From assembly GCF_001194135.2 (NCBI RefSeq), contig NC_068985.1:93723687-93785849 (forward strand): a stretch of DNA of 62,163 bases, given 5' to 3'. The position numbers and the translations under genes were made by a program. The notes below the pieces were generated by a model. It was not told the DNA's origin. It saw nothing but the letters and a program-made list of their open reading frames with translations, and searched no databases. Shown piece after piece: positions 52,178-62,163 of this stretch. Within the stretch, counting starts at the first letter, position 1; the number at the start of each line of letters is the position of its first letter. The DNA comes from Octopus bimaculoides. Taxonomy: Eukaryota.

Positions 52178-52654
52178 NNNNNNNNNNNNNNNNNNNNNNN
52201 NNNNNNNNNNNNNNNNNNNNNNNNNNNNNNNNNNNNNNNNNNNNNNNNNNNNNNNNNNNNNNNNNNNNNNNNNNNNNNNNNNNNNNNNNNNNNNNNNNNN
52301 NNNNNNNNNNNNNNNNNNNNNNNNNNNNNNNNNNNNNNNNNNNNNNNNNNNNNNNNNNNNNNNNNNNNNNNNNNNNNNNNNNNNNNNNNNNNNNNNNNNN
52401 NNNNNNNNNNNNNNNNNNNNNNNNNNNNNNNNNNNNNNNNNNNNNNNNNNNNNNNNNNNNNNNNNNNNNNNNNNNNNNNNNNNNNNNNNNNNNNNNNNNN
52501 NNNNNNNNNNNNNNNNNNNNNNNNNNNNNNNNNNNNNNNNNNNNNNNNNNNNNNNNNNNNNNNNNNNNNNNNNNNNNNNNNNNNNNNNNNNNNNNNNNNN
52601 NNNNNNNNNNNNNNNNNNNNNNNNNNNNNNNNNNNNNNNNNNNNNNNNNNNATA

Positions 52655-52976
52655 TAGGTGATACAGACACTCCCCATACACACATGCACTTACAAAAGAC
52701 ACAGACACATTGAAGGACACGCATGCGTAGACACATACAATAGGAATACAAAATACAAAATGGCTGATAGTTAGCAAGGTGAGACACACATAGGAAGGAG
52801 GGAAACAGGGGACCACTGATGAGGTCACAGAAGTGTGACGAAAGAACTCTGGCCGAAATAAGATTAAGATTAAGATTAATGTAATATAAAGCTGAAAAAA
52901 AAAAAAAAAAATTAACACCAAATATACAGTGCGTGTGTTTTTATTGGCTAAACTGGCAATATGACCATCCCCAAGT

Positions 52977-52985
<9 letters not shown>
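52655..52985 (+). mobile_element. (TA)n-flanked segment with hammerhead-like motif
   Basis: CCA-CTGATGA-G-GTCAC/GTGAC-GAAA-GAAC-TC-TGG at 52814-52852. Confidence 0.5.
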
Positions 52986-52994
<9 letters not shown>

Positions 52995-53013
<19 letters not shown>

Positions 53014-54115
53014 ATGACGTCGCAAGCTTACAGCGGGGCCAGAATTCGATAAGTTGTTGGTCGAAATAATCAACATGTAGTTTAATGCTGGAAAATTCCA
53101 AGCACTGCACTATCAACTCACGAATGTACTAACACGAGATTAACATATCTTCATAAAGCTTAAGTCGTGCATCGCAGTTATCATATCGGACTTATTTTTG
53201 CCTATCATTTTGGCTAAAATAGAAGGAAATATTTTTACGAGTGTGCTGCTGGTGAAACTAAGTGAAAAATAGACATTCGTCTGTTTCTAAAATACGCCTC
53301 GTCCTCAGTTAAGTTTTTGTCATTCATAATTAAAATATCTAGAATTCCATTGTGAATTCTATTGACTCTATGAAGTAATGGCTTAAATTTATAGAATTTC
53401 TTTGTTTTTATTTCCAAAACTAAAGTAATCTTCTACATATGCTTTCCAACTCTCTTCTATACACTGAGAGAACGAGTTTTCATATTTTCGTAGCTAGAGT
53501 ATCTCTTCACTAAATTTGCACAGGCTGGGTCTGTGCTCTCGAATTTTAGTCGGTAATAGTTCACATTAAACTTGTAATAGTTAGTTTGAGAAATAAATTT
53601 TAGTCCTTTATTTATAGATTCTTTTTCGATATGTTTTTCATATTCAGCAAAATTCTCTAACCGGAACGTAAGCACTACTATTTCAAAGTCGTGAGGGTTG
53701 TTAATATATACATTCCCTCTATTAACATGATGGTTCAACATATCTAGGGCGTCTCTTATAAAACTTTTAACAATTTTAATGATTTCACTAACACAAAAAT
53801 ATTTTTAAAAAACCCAAAACTCAGACATTGATTTTTCAAATACCGCGCCAACGACTGTTAGACTTGAATCGTCTGGTGTTAGAACATTACTGTAGAAACT
53901 TGTGAATTCATTGCATGCTTCACATACTATTTTGCATCTATTAAAAAGAGTAGATTTACATGTAAGATACGTTATATAAAAATATTCTTTCCAGGCCAAT
54001 AGGGAATAAGTGCAACGACATTCCTTCTGTTGGTTGTAGCTTTTAAACATTACATCTCGAAGCTTGCATAATGCTTTTTATAAATATTCAGAATCCATCA
54101 ATATAACTGTACTCA
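52995..54115 (-). pseudogene. Decayed intronless divergent protein-kinase-like ORF (copy K5, best preserved)
   Basis: ORFs 53805-54050, 53457-53741 and 53235-53417 are in one frame (about 290 codons, 4 internal stops); LLAWKE, FTSFY..LTVV, EIIKIV..DALDML, NRGNVYINN, RLENFAE, SV*KRVG and ELIVQCL occur in kinase order. Confidence 0.45.
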
Positions 54116-54329
54116 TTTATTGGGAATTCTTTATCAGTTTTCAATTCATTTATATATTCCCTGTGAATGGTGCAGTAGTTTCACTTAGATCTTTGCTTAT
54201 ATATGACATGGCGTTATATCGAAAATTCTAAATGTGGTCACCCTCCCCCACACACGCACACACACAGACAAACATATACACATACGTATGGATACATGTC
54301 TTGATGTATATATATACATATATACTCTC

Positions 54330-54658
54330 TCTTTTACTCTTTTACTTGTTTCAGTCATTTGACTGTGGCCATACTGGAGCACCGCCTTTAGTCGAGCAAA
54401 TCGACCCCAGGACTTATTCTTTGTAAGCCTAGTACTTATTCTATCGGCCACTTTTGCCGAACCGCTAAGTTACGGGGACGTAAACACACCAGCATCGGTT
54501 GTCAAGCGATGTTGGGGGGACAAACACAGACACACAAACATATACACACACATATACATATATATATACATATATACGACGGGCTTCTTTCAGTTTCCGT
54601 CTACCAAATCCACTCACAAGGCTTTGGTCGGCCCGAGGCAATAGTAGAAGAGATTTGC

Positions 54659-54660
<2 letters not shown>
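54330..54660 (-). mobile_element. CORE-like SINE (family B), well conserved
   Basis: Near-consensus reverse complement of tail and core. Confidence 0.9.
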
Positions 54661-54692
<32 letters not shown>

Positions 54693-55656
54693 CTCAGGTA
54701 TTGCAAGATTATTTATTAACCTGGTGTAGAACTCAATACACCTGTGTTTCAAAAAAAAGTGTTTGAGTATAGAGAGGTAAGAGAGATGACAATGGTTATG
54801 TCAGGAATTTCATTAGTTTACAGCTGTTATATAATATCTTTATATATGAATGTTGGCTTATAAGAATCACAACCGGCAAGAATAATGTGTCAACCTCTAT
54901 CGACGCATTCAAATTCTGAACACCAAAGTCATGCACAGCGTCGCAGACAGTTTTATTCTGAGGAGATATACCGCTAAGCATTTCGCCCGGCGTGCTAAAG
55001 TTTCTACCTGCTCGCTGCCTTGGTCAGTAAAATATATTACTGATGAACTGTTGTAGTTATTAGTCAAATATCAGTCTCAGAATTCCTAAATGTTGGTAAC
55101 TTGCTGAATCATTGAAACTATGAAGTATAGGGCAAACAAAGTTGGATGTTGTTTATTAAATAAAAATGTTAGCGTTATTATTATTACATCACAATAGAAA
55201 CGTTTGAAAAGAGCGAAGCTCCAACTTCCTTCGGCTTAATCAAATGTTTTTTCTGTATATATCTAAACAATAATTAGAATGCTGATTCCATTACGTCATA
55301 ATGCAAAATTTTGCTCTTACAAATGTCAAATATGAATATTTACAAAAGAAAATTTCTTGATGAAGAGACTAAATAGAAATAGGTGTGTGAGACTAATTAA
55401 AGTTTATATCATTATTTTGTATTTTAGCTGCGTATTTGAAATAAAACAGCTGTAGCTGTGTGTCGTAATTATGTTTCGTGATGTGCTCCGCCAGGAGCTT
55501 ATATTAAAATTTCCTCTCTTACCCTCATTAGAATATTAGTACATTGAAAACAACTAAATTAGCTGATATCGTTTAATTGGGTAGTGAAATCCAATGAAAT
55601 TCTCATTGCGGTGACCAAATTCGTACGGTAAGCGATAAATTACATGATTTTTAATA

Positions 55657-56165
55657 CACAGGGTGTTACAAAAACTACATAGTCAAAGCAAATGAAAATA
55701 AACAGGTTTAATGTTGAGCAACATAAGATTTATTCCTCCAAATTTGAATGAGAAATTCAAAGGTATGTGGATTCCATGAACGATTTCACATCACCGGTCA
55801 CATTTCCCTCAAAGAAAAACGAGCCATGAAGATGCTTCTTAGAGATGGCGCAGAACACATTCACATTTGGTGAGTCCCTCTCATGCTCAACTGTGGAATG
55901 AGGATTTTTTCGCCCCAAATGCGAACATTATGTTTATTGACTTTGCCATTCGTATGAAATGTGGCCTCATCACTGAAAGCAAGACGTTCCTTGAACTTGG
56001 CTTTTTCAAGTTTCTCTTGCATATCAACACAGAACTGTTTGCGCTTGCACTTGTCGTCTGCCGTTATGGTCTGAACGAACTGCAGCTTGTAGAGTTTCAT
56101 TAGCAAGCAGAAGTTCGCCATTACCTTCTGCCGGAGCCGCGTGGAGTATAGGTGCTTCGCCCATA
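55657..56165 (-). mobile_element. Internally deleted mariner-group (DD37D/DD41D-like) transposon
   Basis: YKLQFVQ...KRKQFC..MQEKLE...RLAFSDEATFHTNGKVNKHNVRIWG; cagggtgttacaaaa TIR-like end at 55659. Confidence 0.85.
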
Positions 56166-56541
56166 AACACAAACATCACCTGGTCTGACATTCGAACCCA
56201 CGATTCCTCGACCTCGAGTCCGCTGCTCTAACCACTAGACCATGTGTCTCCTATGTAGACGTATAATTTAACTTAATGCTGTCTCAGTTGCGTACACGGA
56301 GAACTTAAATGATTTCTCAATTCATTGAAATGCTACGAGTAAGTTTAAACAACAATAAAATTCACATTCAATTAATTTCAAAACACGAAGTCTGTTACGT
56401 TTGTATATTTATTTTGCAAGATTCCCAATGTGAAATCGTGTCTTGAAACAGATATTGTTATATTTGGGGACGGTCATTTTTGCTTTTTTCCAAATAAACA
56501 CACGCGCTGTATACTTGGCCTTCACTTTATTATTATTATTA

Positions 56542-56605
<64 letters not shown>

Positions 56606-56840
56606 CATTATTAGTCAAGACGAAGAGCGCGATTCGATTGTAAGATATTTTATTAGTTGAACGATATTAGAGCAGTACGTCGGTCTTTGTCAAAGAAAAC
56701 TTGGCAAAGACAGACGTACTGTTGAAATATCGTTCAACTAATAAAAATATCTTACAATCGAATCGCGCTCTTCGTTTTGACTGTTTACCTTCGTGAAGAG
56801 TTACGTCAGTCCTTTTTAAATTATTATTATTATTATTATA

Positions 56841-56899
<59 letters not shown>

Positions 56900-58082
56900 T
56901 GAGTGAGAGAGTAGTGCATGCCATCAAAGTGACGCTGGGGTACGAAGCCCAATAAACCCGTCATTCACATAAATGACAATCATATGTGGGCGACATGGTG
57001 ATCTCATATTAAGACAAACAGCACATGATCTTGAATTTTCTTTGGGTCGAGTAGCCCATCCCTATCAAAAGGTCTCTGATTAAGGTTTGTTTAAGGATGA
57101 TGAACGAATCACCCATGTTTCCGGAGGTGAATTATTCAAACCCCAAAAAATTAATTCAAAGAAATACTGAATGTCATGTTACACCAGGGGCTGGTTAAGT
57201 GGTCAGTATTGACCCCTAGTGGTCTATGTGGCTATCCAAGAAGTACATATTCCCACAATATCAGTATAAGAAGACTAAATTGTTATTGTTCTTTATAAAT
57301 TTCCGTAAGAATTTTCATTAAATTTCTTTAAATATTTCTGATTAAAAAGCTTCTGTGATGACACAAGAGAAGAATGGAGTTGTTTTTAAATCAAGTATTT
57401 TATCAATTATAATCGATAAATTTAGTAACGATTCTATGAAGGAACCAAGGATACAGTAAATTTCCTGACCACTGCGATACTTTGTGCCAGCCACCGAGAT
57501 ACGTTTTTAGAACTAAAAATCGGAGAAAAAGTATGCTATTAACGGATCACTTTTACATAGATTTGACGCTATACAATTCGTCATTTGGAAAAGTCCTACA
57601 ATTTACCGAATTATGTCATTATCCAATTAGCAATTAAGCGAAATCAACTACATTTACATTTTATTTGATAATTTAGCGAGTTTGAGACATTTAACAGCTT
57701 TCATTTGTCGTCTCTTTATTCTTATTACAGCAGATAATATATCTGTTTTCACATTACGAAGCATTAAATGAAGTTAGAAGAATTGCCTGGAATTCGGTAA
57801 AGGACAATCTAAAGCATAAGCCTCCAGAAACGCTGTATACTAATTAGAACAATAATGAATAATTACCTGGGAACATTATATAATATTTAATTAAAACTGG
57901 CCGTGTATTGAGACATTTAGTTGAGTAACTGACAAAATACTCTGCGACGTATAGTTGTATACCTTAACATTCTGAGTTCGATACCCAGTGTGGTTATATT
58001 CTTTTCATTTCTCTAAACCCAATGATATATGTACCTCTTCACTGTTAATCTCTTTCAGATTTGATAACTGAACTTATTTTGG

Positions 58083-58520
58083 GATTGATATTTAACTTTC
58101 GAAAGGCAGAAACGTTAGCACGCCGGGCGAAATGCTTAGCGGTATTTCGTTCGTCTTTACGTTCTGAGTTCAAATTACGCCGAGGTCGACTTTGCCTTTC
58201 ATCCTTTCGGAGTCGATTAAATAAGTACCAGTTACGCACTGGTGTCGATATAATCGACTTAATCCCTTTGTCTGTCCTTGTTTGTCCCCTCTGTGTGTAG
58301 CCCCTTGTGGGCAATAAAGAAATAAGAAACGTTAGCACGCCGGGCGAAATGCTTAGCAGTATTTCGTCTGCTGCTACATTCTGAGTTCAAATTCCGCCGA
58401 GGTCGACTTTGCCTTTCATCCTTTCGGGGTCGACAAATTAAGTACCATTTGCGTACTGGGGTAGATCTAATCGACTAGCCTCCTCCCAAAAAAATTTGGG
58501 CCTTGTTTCCTAGACCAGAA
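58083..58520 (+). mobile_element. Meta-like SINE dimer (family A)
   Basis: Same structure as 22596-23022. Confidence 0.9.
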
Positions 58521-59149
58521 AAGCATATTTAATTTTTGAATCAATTAGCATTTCATCACGGTTAAAAATTACTTGCGTATTCCATATTATGTGTTGTCTC
58601 CACCGATAAGTTTATTGTTATAATTATTATTTAGTCTTAGAAATATTATATTACTAAATCTCTCAGAGAGATTTATACAGTAACAGCACAATAAAGTGAT
58701 CTCCCTTTGAAAACATAAGGACAGAAAATGTGCTATGGTCAACTGGAAACAGTCTTTCCTAGGGCTAAATAGCAGTAGCTTTCTTCCCTTTCATGGGACT
58801 GCTACATTAAGTTAGCAACATACCATCACTTTATTTAGTCTTAGTTTTACGATTTGTTAGATGTGTGTCACTTTCAGATTGTATCTGGATTCCATGTTGC
58901 TTTGTTTTCTGACCGGCCGGTCATGTCTTGTTTCCGTCTATATCTCGGAAAACTGCTGTCATCCCTGAATATTCTATGGTTATTTCATGTTACTGTGAAC
59001 CTGACTTTGTATCAGTGTGACCAACCGTTTGCTGCTTCTGTTATGATGAGCTGACAAAGTTTTTGTAAGTTAATTTAAATATATTCAGTTGTTTTCTTGT
59101 TAACCTGAGAGATATACATATAATAACGTGTAGATAATGTTGCTACTTC

Positions 59150-59850
59150 GTGTAGAAATCTAGGCGGGCAGGGTCTCAATCACCACTGTGGCAATAAAGA
59201 CAAACTTTGTAGCCATTTATTTTCTACTCATACGTTACGATGTGTACGTGTACTTCGTTATATCGATGGGTGAAAGTGCTTTACTTTATTCAATGTGATA
59301 TTTTGTTGTTAGTTTATAATGTTCAAACATTAAATTCCAGTATATTCAAAATCTTTCCTCATTTAGTACTTTCGCCCGTGTATACCAATCAAAATAAACA
59401 TGTTAAATGTATTTATTTTGTTGTAAAACACTTGTTACAAGAAAGTTCTATATCAGAAAGCCAAATATCAGTAAAAATGTATCAGAATATCCCAGAAAAT
59501 AAATGTAGATATCAGTAAAATATATTAGAATAATCCAGAAAAAATGACGGTTAATTTATCCATGAAATATATCTGAATACATTGTTTTGTAGTATGTGAA
59601 TATCAGAAAAGGGAGACATATTCTGATATGTCAGAATATTTTATTATTATCAGAGTATTTTATTATTATCAAAATAATTTTGTATTTGTCTTATTTTTGT
59701 TTTGTAGTCTATCGTACACTTGAATGTACACGTGGTACACGTATACATCGTAACGCCTGAGTAGAAAATAAATAGCTCCGAAGTTTAAGCCATTGTTCAA
59801 CTTTATTGCTACAGTGGTGATTGTGACCCCGCCCGCCTAGATTTCTACAC
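59150..59850. mobile_element. Non-autonomous DNA transposon (MITE) with about 50-bp terminal inverted repeats
   Basis: gtgtagaaatctaggcgggcagggtctcaatcaccactgtggcaataaag (59150-59199) vs its reverse complement at 59801-59850, 3 mismatches. Confidence 0.75.
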
Positions 59851-61426
59851 TCGGGGTGGGAGAAAGCCAAAGAAAATCAGGGTTTCAAATCTTTGATTCA
59901 AAGCAGGACTTGCAAAGGAAAGTGTATGATGGTGATACCTACCCCTGCACTCCAAAAATGATAAAAGGCAAGGTCGACCTCAGCAGAATTTGAACTCTTG
60001 AAGGAAGAAATGCCGTTAAGTATTTTGTCGGAAGTGCTAATGGTTCTGCCTGCTCGTCAACTTTGCTTATTTAAGATTATTTACAAAGGTTTCAACACTG
60101 GAAAAGAATTTAAAAATATTAGTTTATTAATTTATATCAATATCTATTTGTAGTAGAATTGGTGTACATTAAAGTGAATTAAACTCACCATAAAACGGGT
60201 TCTTGTTTCACTATTTGAGCGGAAAATTGCCTTTACAGTCCTCACAGGTTTGTTAAATTAAATATATTGTATATCAGGATAAATATTACTCCATAACAAA
60301 CACAATATTTGTTATTCGCATACTTGCTACCCAGTGGAGGTTTCTCTCTTATTTGAGAGAGCCTTTACAAAATCACTCGACTTCGAAATAATACCTGAAT
60401 AGTAATACGGATAAAGAAAATTAACAATCTCAGAAAACTATTTGAAAAGCGTGACAAGTTTCTTATTCTAGTTTTGAAGTATTATTCTTGAATTAGAATG
60501 ACAGTCTCCATGAACCTCTTTAGAGTCTTCATCAGTAACCATGGAAAGAGATAAAAAATCATTCATAAACCGGGGACCTAATCATAAAATTTAAAATCCC
60601 TGCACTGGATGAAAGTTAGTGTTAGTGTTAAACATACCAGCTTATCAGATCTATCACCTGAAATAATGAGGGCTGCCGGTACAGATTCCGTCTACCAGAT
60701 AGCAATCAGAAAGATTTGGTCAGTTCAAGACTAAGGACAGAAGATACGTGCTGAAGAAGCTGCACGACGGGATGCGACTAGATTACAACTTCAAAATGGA
60801 TCACTTCAATGTCCAATGAACAAAAACAGAATAAGTTCTTCAAATGTTATAGAAAAAAAAAGAATAAATAAACACGAACAGTTTCAAGAATGTAGACAAA
60901 CTTAATGCAGTTATTTTATTATTTTTCTGATTATTTTTATTCGTCTTGAATTTTCGATTACAAAACATCCTTTTCAAAGATAGATGATATTGAGATAAAA
61001 ACAATTTTCTTTGCTTAAGCCTGGAGGCGGAATAAATAGCTTCAATAATTCAATGTGAAAAGCAGTAGCTACTTGACAATCATTCTACAAAAGAAGCAAG
61101 TCAGCCTTTTACAGCGCTCTTGTTAAAACCTAACTGATTTTCCTGAATATTATTCAAATTTGAAAAGGATACTTTTGCCGGCGAAAACTTTAGAAGCAAA
61201 ATTTAAGAAAAGGAGAATCACAAAAGAGCAACATTGCTTTTAGCCATATGCCTGAATTTAATTAAAACAAAGATTTGCGTGTGTGTGAGTGTGTGTGTGT
61301 GTGTGTATGTGTGTGTGTGCGTGTGTGTGCATTTGTGCACTGGTATATATATATACACACACATACACACACACACATATATATATATATATAATTCCAC
61401 TATCTTCTATTTAATTCTCTCATATT

Positions 61427-61473
61427 GTCTCTGATGATAGGATATCCTTTATAGCCTGAAACAGCTGTAAGAC
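61427..61473 (+). ncRNA. Minimal type-I hammerhead ribozyme motif (Penelope-type)
   Basis: GTCT-CTGATGA-T-AGGATAT/ATAGCCT-GAAA-CAGCTG-TA-AGAC: intact core, 4-bp stem I, palindromic stem III; paralogous to 10033-10080. Confidence 0.75.
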
Positions 61474-61595
61474 TACCTTTCTCTTTATAAATGTCCTAGA
61501 AATTTTCAATGATGCCTTTGGGCTTATGTTTGTACCACTGTTTTGTTGTCATTCTTCTTCTTCTTCTTCTTCTTCTTCTTCTTCTTCTTCTTCTT

Positions 61596-61673
<78 letters not shown>

Positions 61674-61696
61674 NNNNNNNNNNNNNNNNNNNNNNN

Positions 61697-61731
<35 letters not shown>

Positions 61732-61849
61732 TATTTAGTCTGAGATGGTGTTTATTTGAAACGAATGGTATGGTCGATTCAGTTGCAATAACATGAGAGT
61801 CAACGAATTCGAGAAAAGCATGTTACACAAAATATTCAGCATAATATTT

Positions 61850-62082
61850 ATTTCTTTATTGCCTACAAGGAGCTAAACATAGAGGGGACAAACAAGGACA
61901 GACAAAGGAATTAATTCGATTGCATCGACCCCAGTGCGTAACTGGTATTTATTAATCGACTCCGAATGGATGAAAAGAAAAAGTGGACCCCTGCGGAATT
62001 TGAACTCAGAACGTAACAGCAGACGAAATACCTCAAAGCATTTCGCCCGGCGTGATAACGATTCTGCCAGCTCGCCGCCCTA
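61850..62082 (-). mobile_element. Meta-like SINE (family A, tail type 1)
   Basis: Full reverse-complement copy ending ...cagctcgccgcc. Confidence 0.9.
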
Positions 62083-62163
62083 ATATTACAGCCTAATATT
62101 ACAGGAGTTCAAACACAGAAGGAGAGACATGAAGTTAACAGAGAAATACACTGGGTGGGTTGA

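Noticed and set aside
60180-60400. Further kinase-like peptides (E*FCKGSL, ITNIVFVME) and a strong minus donor at about 60188
   Set aside because: Fragments lie in different frames with inconsistent spacing; could be chance.
60500-60540. CTGATGAAGACTCT..AGAGG on minus, and other CTGA(T/A)GA hits (16350, 19545, 26780, 60750)
   Set aside because: No correctly placed GAAA or stem I/III; not hammerheads.

Overview
AT-rich, microsatellite-dense, gapped eukaryotic DNA. The SINE families and repeat profile point to a coleoid cephalopod (Octopus-like); this is inference from recognised repeats, not a search. Most of the window is tRNA-derived SINEs (CORE-like, Meta-domain-like, RTE-tailed), remnants of Penelope, R4/Dong, CR1 and mariner elements, Helitron/Helentron-type elements and simple repeats. 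Nearly all long ORFs in the supplied track are microsatellite or N-gap artefacts. Candidate host coding sequence: three phase-compatible plus-strand exons (15162-17761, unidentified protein C-terminus) and two weaker minus-strand exon sets (6809-8727; 19.2-19.8 kb). Two things stand out. (1) Seven or eight minimal type-I hammerhead-ribozyme-like motifs of several sequence types, mostly in short Penelope-type segments sitting in (TA)n tracts; one Penelope 3' end carries a tRNA-like Pol III head between its GIY-YIG ORF and the ribozyme. (2) A possible co-oriented minus-strand array of decayed, intronless, highly divergent protein-kinase-like reading frames between about 28.8 and 59.1 kb, recognised by eye only and needing an HMM test.
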